A DNA stretch of 64,000 bases from a virus (lineage: Duplodnaviria; Caudoviricetes). The stretch covers positions 1-64,000 of the IMG/VR virus record IMGVR_UViG_3300037423_001433; one strand, given 5' to 3'. Each line of letters opens with the position of its first letter. Within the stretch, counting starts at the first letter, position 1. The notes below the pieces were generated by a model that had not been told where the DNA came from, searched no databases, and saw only the letters and a program-made list of their open reading frames with translations. The position numbers and the translations under genes are program-made. Positions 27,138 to 36,490 of this stretch are shown piece by piece.

Positions 27138-27242
27138 TCAAGTCATTCCCGGAATCGGAGTAGATAAAAGAATATAAAGTTGACAATAGATAATTTTTAA
27201 AATATCTATTTTTTCTTTTTTATGTTTTGCCCCGAATATCAT
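27138..27242 (-). CDS. 34-aa ORF between holin and endolysin
   Basis: manual translation MIFGAKHKKEKIDILKIIYCQLYILLSTPIPGMT; stop abuts endolysin ATG. Confidence 0.4.
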   Translation of the reverse strand: MIFGAKHKKEKIDILKIIYCQLYILLSTPIPGMT

Positions 27243-27244
27243 AA

Positions 27245-27421
27245 TTATTTTTTAAAATATTTGTTAATTAATTTTTGTACTGTCGCAGATTCGTATATTC
27301 TCAGACCTGTCCAAATGATTGAGAACAACGCAGCGATATGAGGTAATGTCCACCATCCCACGATTGATCCAATCACTGAAGTTATTGATATTGTGTCGAG
27401 AAAATGCTTCACATGTTCCAT
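27245..27421 (-). CDS. holin (58 aa), not in the ORF track
   Basis: MEHVKHFLDTISITSVIGSIVGWWTLPHIAALFSIIWTGLRIYESATVQKLINKYFKK: TM segments, basic C-terminus, upstream of endolysin. Confidence 0.75.
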   Translation of the reverse strand: MEHVKHFLDTISITSVIGSIVGWWTLPHIAALFSIIWTGLRIYESATVQKLINKYFKK

Positions 27422-27462
27422 GTTAGTTCCGATTTTTCTTAATTGTTTTTAAAGAATTTTAT

Positions 27463-27915
27463 TTATGGCTTTATGCCTAGAAGCACTGTCTCAGTTATAT
27501 GTCCAGTGTCTGCAAATACATCTTTTCCTGCTTCTGCTAAAGTTGCTGCAACCAGCTCATAGCAGTACCATTTTGACGGATCACGCCAATTCCGGTTTAA
27601 ATCTACTCCAAGTCCTAACGCTGCAAGCCAATCATATTTAGCACCAATTTGAGTCCAAGCCCACGTTATACCATTGTGTGCATCAGGGACGCTATAATCG
27701 ACAGTTGCAACGATTGTCTTACCAGCTAGAGCTACTTCACGAGGCACACGTCTAACGCCATGCAACATCGATGCCTCAATAATGTAGTCTCCATCAACAA
27801 TCATTCCATGAGAAGACTTAGACCAATTGATTCTATTTCTTGGAAGCGCCCATCTGATAAGATAGGAAATAGGATTCCATTTTTGTTTAGTAAAAAGAAC
27901 GCGAATTGTATCCAT
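27463..27915 (-). CDS. permuted papain-like NlpC/P60 protein (YiiX/YebB-like)
   Basis: His (SSHG) precedes KYDW and catalytic Cys (WYCYELV). Confidence 0.8.
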   Translation of the reverse strand: MDTIRVLFTKQKWNPISYLIRWALPRNRINWSKSSHGMIVDGDYIIEASMLHGVRRVPREVALAGKTIVATVDYSVPDAHNGITWAWTQIGAKYDWLAALGLGVDLNRNWRDPSKWYCYELVAATLAEAGKDVFADTGHITETVLLGIKP

Positions 27916-28520
27916 TATATTTCCCCATAAATTTTAGGCCATCCAGAAAGATAATCATAAGTAAGAGGATCAGCAGCTTGTAGCATTGCTTGTTGATGAG
28001 CTTCTGCTTGAGCAAAAATAGCTTGGTCGCTGGCTGCAGCTGCTGAAAAGATTTGGCTTGCCAGTGTTGGAGTCATTATCACAAATGAGCCGTCCATTGT
28101 CCTCCATTGAAGATTGGCTGGTATAGAAGTGCCCATCAATGTCAACCCAATTTGTTGTGATCTGCTGAATACATCAGAGTGAAACCATTTATCCACATTG
28201 TCTACAACAACTTTATATCCGCCAGTTTCAGTACGTCGCATTCTCTCTGTTTTAATTAACACCCAAACATAGTCTTGTTTCTGTTGAAGAGTTAATCCTG
28301 TTTGCGGAGCTTGTTGGGAAGAGATGTAATTCTTTATTTCAGATATTTCTGCTGCAGATAAGGCTGTAGCTCCAATCCCAATTTTCTTTACGAAAAAGTT
28401 TGTCTCATCGGAATAGAACAAACCATCGTATTGAAAAGAAAATTGGGGGGCATCGTTTATTGTCCAACTCGATGTATTATTATTGATTTGTCCTTCACCA
28501 TTGCCCCAAACTAATTTCAT
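27915..28520 (-). CDS. tail fibre assembly protein (DUF4376-like)
   Basis: KWFHSD..SRSQ, QWRTMDGSFV, QAIFAQAEAH...YDYLSGWP. Confidence 0.8.
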   Translation of the reverse strand: MKLVWGNGEGQINNNTSSWTINDAPQFSFQYDGLFYSDETNFFVKKIGIGATALSAAEISEIKNYISSQQAPQTGLTLQQKQDYVWVLIKTERMRRTETGGYKVVVDNVDKWFHSDVFSRSQQIGLTLMGTSIPANLQWRTMDGSFVIMTPTLASQIFSAAAASDQAIFAQAEAHQQAMLQAADPLTYDYLSGWPKIYGEI

Positions 28521-28726
28521 GATGTAGCTTCAACTTTATTTTCAGCAGAAGCAGCTGGAGCATCTTCTTTAGGAGGATTATTAGCTTCTTCAATTTGCCG
28601 TGCTGCTTCATTTTTAATTGCTGTGAAAAAATCGCCGCTAACTTTCAAAGGAAGTTCCGCTAGCCCTGCAAGAATTAGGTTGATTTGTTCAAGATTGAAA
28701 TTAAAAGAAATAACTGTTTGATTCAT
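28517..28726 (-). CDS. small tail-fibre-associated protein
   Basis: EQINLILAGLAELP motif typical of genes after fibres. Confidence 0.65.
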   Translation of the reverse strand: MNQTVISFNFNLEQINLILAGLAELPLKVSGDFFTAIKNEAARQIEEANNPPKEDAPAASAENKVEATS

Positions 28727-28765
28727 TTTGTTTCCTTAATAAATTAGTAGTGTGTTTGGTAGAAT

Positions 28766-28781
28766 TTCTCATTAATGAGAA
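28766..28781. promoter_or_regulatory. palindromic putative operator, copy 3 (perfect palindrome)
   Basis: TTCTCATTAATGAGAA, intergenic. Confidence 0.55.
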
Positions 28782-28782
28782 T

Positions 28783-29046
28783 TTATAGTTGTGTATGAAT
28801 GTAAAACAATAAAGGGAATAAAACAGTTACAAAAGTTTTTGCAACACAAATGCCGATTCCTTCTCCCTCTTTGAAGTAATCAACAATTTTCTTCAACACA
28901 GATATAATGAACGAGATGAGGAGTGCTATATCTGCATCAATACCAAGCAAGAGAAATGTAAACCCCATCAAACCGCCATAAATAATGTGATTTGCATAGT
29001 CTTGCCTGATTTGTGGAAGTTTGTCTAGTGGATTAATCCAAGTCAT
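28783..29046 (-). CDS. small membrane protein
   Basis: three hydrophobic segments, DKxxH-like N-terminus. Confidence 0.6.
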   Translation of the reverse strand: MTWINPLDKLPQIRQDYANHIIYGGLMGFTFLLLGIDADIALLISFIISVLKKIVDYFKEGEGIGICVAKTFVTVLFPLLFYIHTQL

Positions 29047-31336
29047 ATTGATATTGTAAATGTCTAGGTACGGTTAATTTAATCAACTTATTTAAACGCT
29101 CATCCAATTCTTGAATTGCTTTTACTAAAACAGGAATTAAACGTCCATAAGATGCTTCCAGCTTTTCAGGATTCTCTTCATACACAAGTTGCAGAATTTC
29201 TTCGCATTTCAAATCTTCTTGTGCAGCCTTCAATTCTTGAGCAATAAAACCGCTATCCTTAATTCCAATCTTTGCTTTATCGCGAGTATTCCATGTGAAT
29301 GACACTGGATTAATCTTACGAAGTAAATTAAGTCCTACTTCTAATGGCTTGATATCTGTTTTATCACGTGCATCAGACAAAGAAGTAATGGAAGTTACTT
29401 GGCAGCGCAGAGTTGTGATTGAACTATTACCTAAAGTAATTTCATTATTCACAGAGACAGATGATGCTTGAGCTGCATATCCAATTACTGTGTTGTTCGT
29501 CCCAGTTGTAATGTTGCTGCCAGCACCGTGCCCCAATCCTGTGTTATTTGAACCTGTCGCAGCAATAAGGGACTGATCACCAAAGGCAGCATTATTAGAG
29601 CCTGTGGAAACTGTATACAACGCTTGATATCCAACTGCAGTGTTAAAACTGCCTGTAGTATTTGAAATCAAGGCTGCATTTCCAACTGCTGTGTTTGGAG
29701 TCCCAGTGGTGTTTCCCACTAACGCTTGATATCCAACTGCAGTGTTATTGCTTGCCGTACTAGCTTGAAGTGCATTATGACCAATAGCAACATTGGATGA
29801 TCCAGCAGTATTTGCAGATAATGCTGAACCACCAATTCCAATATTATATCCACCGTTTACATTAGCAACTAACGCAGAATCCCCAAAAGCACAATTACTT
29901 GGGCCGGTAGTATTATTATGAAGTGCTGATGTGCCGAATGCGTTATTTGAGCCTCCAGTTGTATTTGAGACTAACGCTGAAGCACCAAATGCATTATTAT
30001 CATTTCCAGTAGTATTAGCAGTAAGAGCACTTGAACCAAACGCACAGTTTGGAGTCCCAGTTGTATTAGCTTGAAGCGCATAAGACCCAAAAGCTGTATT
30101 ATTACTTACAGTATTGTTCTGAAGTGCAGCATAACCAAAAGCAGAGTTACTACCGCCAGTTGTATTTACATTTAATGTAATATAACCAAAAGCAGAGTTA
30201 CTACCACCAGTTGTATTTGACGCCAATGCAAGAGAACCAAAAGCAGAATTATAAGATGTTGTGTTTGAATTAAGTGCAGAATAACCAACAGCTGTATTAT
30301 GTACACCAGATACATTATTTGACAGCGTATAGGTGCCAAAACCAGTGTTACTACTTCCTGTTGTGTTAGTTACTAGTGAGCTGTAACCAAAGGCTGCATT
30401 ATAATTACCCGTTGTGTTGTCATTCAAAGCAAAGTTTCCAACTGCTGCACAAGCGACACCAGTTGTATTTGATGCAAGAGCGCCATCCCCTGCACCGAAA
30501 TTACTTGTAACTGCTCCACCGCCATAACTGCCTGCATATACTCTTGCTCCATTAAGAGATAATTTAGGAGAACTTAGTGTCATTACTGTGATACCACCTA
30601 ACTGCCAATAATGCGCTATTGATCCGCCAGTTCCTCCAGCGTTATAATAAGTTCCGCCTACGCCATCTTGATTTAACTGAAACACAGTGGCTGCAGTTCT
30701 TTGAACATACAGCGCAGCACCACCAGTCCCAGAAGAATCAATTTCAGAACTATAAGTAGAGCCTATGTATGATCCTACAGAGAACGATCCACCAGAGGAA
30801 ATAATTGTGCTCATCTGAATGGATAGTTTATTAGGAACTGAACCTGTTCCCGCACCACCGGGGCCAATATAAAAATTGGTTGCACTATTCCAACCTAAAC
30901 CAATCCAACCTACATTAGTGCCAGCTGCATTGTTTACGTTGTATAATCTGATAGCATCATTCGTTTGCAATGTTCCTGACGGCATAATTGCAATACCATT
31001 TGGAGCAACAAAACGAATAGAACCTGTTGCAAATCTTCCTGTGTCAGCAGTCGCTGTAACAAATGAACCAAATAAATTACCAGAAGCTGTAAATGTCCCT
31101 GTTACAGCCATGGCCCCTGTTAAGTTGAAAGAAGATAGTGCATCAACCCAACTTGTCCCATTAAATCTTTCAAACTTACCTGATGCACTATTCAGCCGTT
31201 GAGAATTAGTAGGAAGATTAGTAGGAGTAGAATACGCTGGATCGAGCATTGTTGCCAAATCCAAATCTCTGCTGCTTATTTGTGGTAGCAAGGTAGCGTA
31301 TGCTGTCCCTGTTGAAAGAGCTGTAAAATCTGCCAT
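29033..31336 (-). CDS. tail fibre with 14-aa repeat beta-roll region and C-terminal intramolecular chaperone (peptidase S74)
   Basis: about 20 NxAxGxxALxxNTTG repeats; SDARDK autocleavage motif; ...YGRLIPVLVKAIQEL. Confidence 0.9.
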   Translation of the reverse strand: MADFTALSTGTAYATLLPQISSRDLDLATMLDPAYSTPTNLPTNSQRLNSASGKFERFNGTSWVDALSSFNLTGAMAVTGTFTASGNLFGSFVTATADTGRFATGSIRFVAPNGIAIMPSGTLQTNDAIRLYNVNNAAGTNVGWIGLGWNSATNFYIGPGGAGTGSVPNKLSIQMSTIISSGGSFSVGSYIGSTYSSEIDSSGTGGAALYVQRTAATVFQLNQDGVGGTYYNAGGTGGSIAHYWQLGGITVMTLSSPKLSLNGARVYAGSYGGGAVTSNFGAGDGALASNTTGVACAAVGNFALNDNTTGNYNAAFGYSSLVTNTTGSSNTGFGTYTLSNNVSGVHNTAVGYSALNSNTTSYNSAFGSLALASNTTGGSNSAFGYITLNVNTTGGSNSAFGYAALQNNTVSNNTAFGSYALQANTTGTPNCAFGSSALTANTTGNDNNAFGASALVSNTTGGSNNAFGTSALHNNTTGPSNCAFGDSALVANVNGGYNIGIGGSALSANTAGSSNVAIGHNALQASTASNNTAVGYQALVGNTTGTPNTAVGNAALISNTTGSFNTAVGYQALYTVSTGSNNAAFGDQSLIAATGSNNTGLGHGAGSNITTGTNNTVIGYAAQASSVSVNNEITLGNSSITTLRCQVTSITSLSDARDKTDIKPLEVGLNLLRKINPVSFTWNTRDKAKIGIKDSGFIAQELKAAQEDLKCEEILQLVYEENPEKLEASYGRLIPVLVKAIQELDERLNKLIKLTVPRHLQYQYDLD
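29500..30480 (-). repeat. 42-nt (14-aa) degenerate tandem repeats in tail fibre
   Basis: e.g. AACGCTTGATATCCAACTGCAGTGTTA recurs; NSAFG/NTAVG periodicity. Confidence 0.85.
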
Positions 31337-34300
31337 TAATGACCTCTAGCTGTCCATGAAACAGTGCCACTGAGCCTTGTTCCAGTGTTATCGAATAAAA
31401 GAACTTTAAAACTTGTTGGATTAGGTATGCTTGTGAAATTTACTACACAATAAGCAGCGCTTGTTCCCATTGGAGTAACATTAATGCTTGTTACATCTAA
31501 AAATGCTATATTAAATGTTGCAGTAGTTCCTCCAGAATCTGTTGAAACAACATTCAACACTCCAGCATCATTTACAAGTTTAGAATCAACCCGAACATTC
31601 AATGAAGTCAATTTATACAAATCTGTTGCACCTCCAGATACAGCAATTCTTATTTTGATGTATCTAAAACCAGTCGCATAGATTTCTGTGACCCCACTAT
31701 AACTCGTATATGTAATATTGTCTGCGGAAGTAGAAAGAGTGGTCGTAATTGTTGGAGAACCTGCAATCACGCTTCCAAGATAGGACATCGTTATTTTGTT
31801 TGATCCTAATGTAACGCCCAAATCAAATACTTCTTCGTAATAACCCGGAGAATCTGCAGGTTCAATATAAATTGGATAACCTGCGTTAATTTGGTCTTGA
31901 ACGTCAGTCCACGATCTTGTAGAAAAATGTTGTGCCCAAGTTTCTGTCGTATTAACTGGCATAATTACCCCGCCAGTTTCTACAAACGCATTTGATATCG
32001 TACCCGTGAATGTAGAGTCAATACTACTTCTAAATACATAATCAGGAGGTTGATTCACATTTACAGCAATTCCTACAGGAGTGCCGTAATTGCCTGCTGA
32101 ATCAATACCGGTGATCCAGTATGTAAATAATCCTGCGACAGTTTCAAAGACGGTCGTAAACAGCCCTTGCTTAGTTCCTATCAAAGTCGAAGAAGCATAT
32201 GTAGAACCTTTTCTTACCTCATAAGATAAAATAGGTAAAGTCGCTGTTGCATCCGTCCAATACAACAAAACATTATTATCAATTGTTTGTGATGTAATTG
32301 TCACTGCATGCGGTATACTGACAACTACTGTCACGCTTCCTGTTACCGCTCCAACATTTCCTGCGACATCAACAGCAGCAATCCAGTAGGTTTTTGATCC
32401 ACTAAAATTTACTTTTTCTGTGTATGATGTAGTATATAAAGAAGTAATTGGTGTGCCTGCTGCCCAAGATGAACCATATCTAATTTCGTAATGATCAATT
32501 GCAAAAGCGCCTGTAACTTGTGACCAATTAATAACTACATTTTGGCCTGAAATAGATGCTGTTGGACTTGTTGCAGAAGGAACTGCTACAATAACAGTAG
32601 TATCAGCTTCGTTAGTAGAATAATTTCCGCTTGTATCGATTGCTTTAATTCTGTAAGGAATATTTCCAGACGTAGTAGGTTTTGTAAAATAATGAGTAGA
32701 ATTTGTTTTAGCAACGAGTGTCGCACTATTCCAATCAGTTCCACCTACCCTGATTTCATACTCTTTTAAATCCACATCTGTGTTGGCATTCCATGTTAAA
32801 GTGATGCCAAAATTTTCCAATGAATAAGTAAATCCTGTTACATCCTTTGGAGGTTGAGTTTTGCCAATTACTGTATATGCTGGAGAGTTAAACCAAGCAG
32901 ATTTGGCATTTACAGGAGTATTAACCGCGCGAATCCTCACAATATATTGCTGACCATCTTGTACAGGAGACAGATATGCCGCTGTTGAATCTCCTGTAAC
33001 AGTTGTTGAGTGCCATGTTGTTGTTCCCAATTGAATCCATTGCAATTCAATATCTCCTCCTGCTACAACGTTCAAAGATGTAGATTGAGGCCAAGTAGCT
33101 AAAATCCTAGACACAACAGTACCATCTGGCATCAACAACAAAACGTCAGTACCAGAAGAGAGAGTCAAAGAGCTGATTGCAGGAATCGAATAAGGATTTT
33201 CTACATCGTTAATTGTTAATGGAGCAGCTGAAACAGCATCTGCAAAATCCCAAATAGTTGGGTCATCTTCTTTTATAGTAAGTTCAACCAAACCCGATGG
33301 AGAAAATTTCTTATCCGTTACACGGAATATCTTATCATTAAATCCAAAAAAAGAACTTGTAAATGTGACTCTATCGCTAACTTTTAAAGGCCACGTTTTT
33401 AAACTAAATTCTGCATTTACTGTATAAGAGTTTCTTTGATCTTCTGTAAAAATACGAGATAAGTTATGAATTCGCTGAACGGAGTCAGTGAATGGAAAAT
33501 CTATGTTTGTCCATTTTTCTAATCCATCTGCTGTAACATATGTACTATTTTGATACGGTGTAAAATCAGTTAGTGCGTAATCATTCTCTGGGCCTATATA
33601 TTGTCCTTTTACTCCGTTGTAAAGCTGCGTGTCAGAGATTGATGGTGTTATACCCACTTTACCTACAATATCACTTTGATCAAGCGGCATAACAGGCGCA
33701 ATATACTTGCCTGCTGCAATACTCCAAGTTGTAGAAACAATACTTCCAGCCATTGATTGTGCTATATGCTCTAGCGTGCCTTCTTGAGCCATATCCGCAG
33801 TAATCGTTCCATTAAATGTATAACGTTTACCTAAATCAACTGGAATAGATGAATCGTCCGCATTAGTTTCATCACAAATATTAGCAGCAGCAATATAATC
33901 TGCTAAAGGAATGTCACTAGGATCAACACCGCACATCTCGCTTGTAAGATAATCATACGCGACAAGAGCGTTATTATCACTCCAAGCCGTAGTTCCTGTA
34001 CGAACATCTAATATCTTCTTACCCTTAACAACAGCCTGAATCGAGGGAATACCTGCCTGAAATTCTGACTGAGATAAATGTAATTGCACAACTAGGTAAC
34101 AAAAACCATCTAAAGTTGCTGTTGAAGGCCAGAGAGTTGGATTAAGCGCATGCAAGACAGGATCAACTGGATCACCAGCAGTTCCCATATGAGGCCAAAT
34201 ATGTACAGTAGGAATATCGCCGGGACTTGTGTAGTAAATAAAATCTCCGGGACTAATTGAGCCTGTCACAAGTGCACCCGCTTCATAGAGATCGGTTGAT

Positions 34301-34911
34301 CCCGGAACAAGAGTACCAGTTACAGTTATACCAATCGGGGAGTCAGTTTCTCCCCCTTGTAGTCCAACAGCCCATACCGTACCAACATAAGATTGTTTAC
34401 TTAATGTCATTGAGCCATTAGTAGAAGGGGACTCAATAGACATTCCTAAATTTCTTGGATAAAAATAAGATTCAGGAGGACAAGCACCTGTCAATGGATC
34501 ACGGTTAGCCCATCCAAATGGATGTCCTGCGATATAAACTTCTTCTATGCTTTCGCACTCATGCGCGGCTAATACACAAACTAAATATTTACTTGTACCA
34601 GCCGTGTCACCATTAATAATTGCCACAATAGAAGAGCCAACAATTGTTTCCCCATAGATGTATACATACGGGGATTCTCCGCTGACTGCTGTAATGGTTC
34701 TGTCATGTAACCCATTTATCCATTGTTGATAGGCGTCTTTTTCGGCTTTGCGTTGTTGCATAGAGCCATAAATAGCCATGCCAATAACCAAAATTAAGGC
34801 ATAATATGTCTCAACAAAAACGATAATTGCCGCTATTACTGGGGCAGCAAGAGCTAAAGAAGGAGTAATTAAGAGGGTAATGATAAGGCTGATAAATGTG
34901 ACCAAGCGCAT
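31336..34911 (-). CDS. tail tip / central fibre protein (lambda J-like, FN3 domains)
   Basis: YIYGETIVG, PSIQAVVKGKK, DNNALVAYDYL, YTFNG, FN3-like repeats with YEIR. Confidence 0.9.
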   Translation of the reverse strand: MRLVTFISLIITLLITPSLALAAPVIAAIIVFVETYYALILVIGMAIYGSMQQRKAEKDAYQQWINGLHDRTITAVSGESPYVYIYGETIVGSSIVAIINGDTAGTSKYLVCVLAAHECESIEEVYIAGHPFGWANRDPLTGACPPESYFYPRNLGMSIESPSTNGSMTLSKQSYVGTVWAVGLQGGETDSPIGITVTGTLVPGSTDLYEAGALVTGSISPGDFIYYTSPGDIPTVHIWPHMGTAGDPVDPVLHALNPTLWPSTATLDGFCYLVVQLHLSQSEFQAGIPSIQAVVKGKKILDVRTGTTAWSDNNALVAYDYLTSEMCGVDPSDIPLADYIAAANICDETNADDSSIPVDLGKRYTFNGTITADMAQEGTLEHIAQSMAGSIVSTTWSIAAGKYIAPVMPLDQSDIVGKVGITPSISDTQLYNGVKGQYIGPENDYALTDFTPYQNSTYVTADGLEKWTNIDFPFTDSVQRIHNLSRIFTEDQRNSYTVNAEFSLKTWPLKVSDRVTFTSSFFGFNDKIFRVTDKKFSPSGLVELTIKEDDPTIWDFADAVSAAPLTINDVENPYSIPAISSLTLSSGTDVLLLMPDGTVVSRILATWPQSTSLNVVAGGDIELQWIQLGTTTWHSTTVTGDSTAAYLSPVQDGQQYIVRIRAVNTPVNAKSAWFNSPAYTVIGKTQPPKDVTGFTYSLENFGITLTWNANTDVDLKEYEIRVGGTDWNSATLVAKTNSTHYFTKPTTSGNIPYRIKAIDTSGNYSTNEADTTVIVAVPSATSPTASISGQNVVINWSQVTGAFAIDHYEIRYGSSWAAGTPITSLYTTSYTEKVNFSGSKTYWIAAVDVAGNVGAVTGSVTVVVSIPHAVTITSQTIDNNVLLYWTDATATLPILSYEVRKGSTYASSTLIGTKQGLFTTVFETVAGLFTYWITGIDSAGNYGTPVGIAVNVNQPPDYVFRSSIDSTFTGTISNAFVETGGVIMPVNTTETWAQHFSTRSWTDVQDQINAGYPIYIEPADSPGYYEEVFDLGVTLGSNKITMSYLGSVIAGSPTITTTLSTSADNITYTSYSGVTEIYATGFRYIKIRIAVSGGATDLYKLTSLNVRVDSKLVNDAGVLNVVSTDSGGTTATFNIAFLDVTSINVTPMGTSAAYCVVNFTSIPNPTSFKVLLFDNTGTRLSGTVSWTARGH

Positions 34912-35294
34912 AGTGCTTTTGTCCTGTCTAAATAAATTAAGCCGGATTCACTTGGGCCGACAATTTTTGATCCACTGAAAATACAGATTGACTCTTCGTA
35001 AAGAGCAATATCACCATCTTTTGCTAAGTTCGGATGAATTTGTTTAAGACGTTTATCAACAGCTGCTTTTATTCCGCCTTCTTGCTGAAGAAATCTTAAA
35101 GCTTCTTTGGCTGAAGCCCATTTTGGATAATCTGCTAGAATATTTTTTCCAGTCTTTAAAAATATCCAATTGTTTGCAAATAAAACGCAGTCATGCTTTC
35201 CCCATTCAAATGGGGTTTTCAAATTTTCTGTTAAATACTCATGCAGTTTTACTACGGAGTAAAAATTATCTTTTGAGCTGCTGCTGAGAACCAT
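34869..35294 (-). CDS. tail tip NlpC/P60-like protein (DUF6950 / lambda K-like)
   Basis: FEWGKHDCVLFANNW, AKDGDIAL; start codon uncertain. Confidence 0.8.
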   Translation of the reverse strand: MVLSSSSKDNFYSVVKLHEYLTENLKTPFEWGKHDCVLFANNWIFLKTGKNILADYPKWASAKEALRFLQQEGGIKAAVDKRLKQIHPNLAKDGDIALYEESICIFSGSKIVGPSESGLIYLDRTKALCAWSHLSALSLPS

Positions 35295-35848
35295 GTTTGC
35301 GGCCTTGCTATCAAATCACTTAACAGATTAAATCCAGTATCACTAGGATGTTTCAATATTTGTTGGGCTGCGGTCATACGTAAAGAAGGAAGTTTACGCA
35401 AGCCATACGCGGAAGTTTCACATTTTAATGTAATTGTTCCAGCCCCCGTGTTGTCAATCATAATAGAAACCATGTCCATATAACCACGCCAACAAAGAAT
35501 TGGTGTATCAATAAGTTGAAATTGCTCTGTCAAAGGGCACATGTACATTTTTGCTTCTCCACCGCGAAACTCAGCAGGATCGCCAGCAGCTAAAGCAAAA
35601 ATTGACGGTTGCGAAATATTTAAAGTAAAGTTCAAAGGTTGTGAAATAACTTGTTCGCTCTCTTCAACTGTGTCAATTGACCCTAATGAACCAACACCAA
35701 TCCATGTATTACCGCCCCAAGTGTAGTTTTGATTCATAGTGCTAACATACAGCACTGATGATTTAAAATGGAATTCAACAAAATAAACAACTCTAGCAAC
35801 TGGGGCTGCCAAAGCATTATCTTGCCCAGTAGTTGTACCTAAAGGCAT
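35252..35848 (-). CDS. minor tail / hub protein (lambda L-like position)
   Basis: WGGNTWIGVGSLGSI, WRGYMD, HPSDTGF; synteny. Confidence 0.8.
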   Translation of the reverse strand: MPLGTTTGQDNALAAPVARVVYFVEFHFKSSVLYVSTMNQNYTWGGNTWIGVGSLGSIDTVEESEQVISQPLNFTLNISQPSIFALAAGDPAEFRGGEAKMYMCPLTEQFQLIDTPILCWRGYMDMVSIMIDNTGAGTITLKCETSAYGLRKLPSLRMTAAQQILKHPSDTGFNLLSDLIARPQTWFSAAAQKIIFTP

Positions 35849-36486
35849 TACGTCCTCCAGTCTTCAATCAGTGGAATAACAATGCCAGAAATCATATCCA
35901 TCTCGTAATCCCATTGAATTAATGTTCCAGTTTGACCGTTACTGCTGTTTTGATCGTTGTACCTAAACAGAGCTTTAGGTGCATCCCAAGTTATAGAATC
36001 TCCTGCTGAAAATGCATTGCGAAGAGGAGGCTCTATGGAAAGACTGATAATTCCAGAACCGTCTGCTGTTGCGTCAGCTAAAACCATTACAACTTGTTGT
36101 GTAGCACCACTGCCAAAACCAATTAAATCCCCTTTCAATAATGTTTTTCCTGCCTCTGTTGCAGCAATCACACTTATTGTTGTATCTCCTGCTGATGGGG
36201 CTGTATTAAAAGTCATTGTTCCGCGCATTGTTCCAAGTGGTGCAGGACGTGCTAAATTATGTAATGCTAACTGATTAGTACGTCCTTTTAATTGCATCAA
36301 AAGAGTTTCAATATCTCCTGCATCTTTTTCATACACCAATAAAGGTGTAATTGATGCTGACCATTGCGGTGGAGATACTTCAATTGCTTGAGAACCAAAA
36401 ATGGAGTTAAAATAAACATCCCTTCGCTGTTGCATCCACGAAAATTTTTCAACAGTAATCGTGGAAGGCCATGTTATTACACTCAT
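35848..36486 (-). CDS. distal tail protein
   Basis: directly after TMP; ADATADGSG...IEPPLR motif. Confidence 0.8.
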   Translation of the reverse strand: MSVITWPSTITVEKFSWMQQRRDVYFNSIFGSQAIEVSPPQWSASITPLLVYEKDAGDIETLLMQLKGRTNQLALHNLARPAPLGTMRGTMTFNTAPSAGDTTISVIAATEAGKTLLKGDLIGFGSGATQQVVMVLADATADGSGIISLSIEPPLRNAFSAGDSITWDAPKALFRYNDQNSSNGQTGTLIQWDYEMDMISGIVIPLIEDWRT

Positions 36487-36490
36487 TGAA

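Noticed and set aside
29500-30480. Periodic repeats that could suggest a CRISPR array or DGR
   Set aside because: In-frame 42-nt degenerate coding repeats without unique spacers; no cas or reverse transcriptase gene in the window
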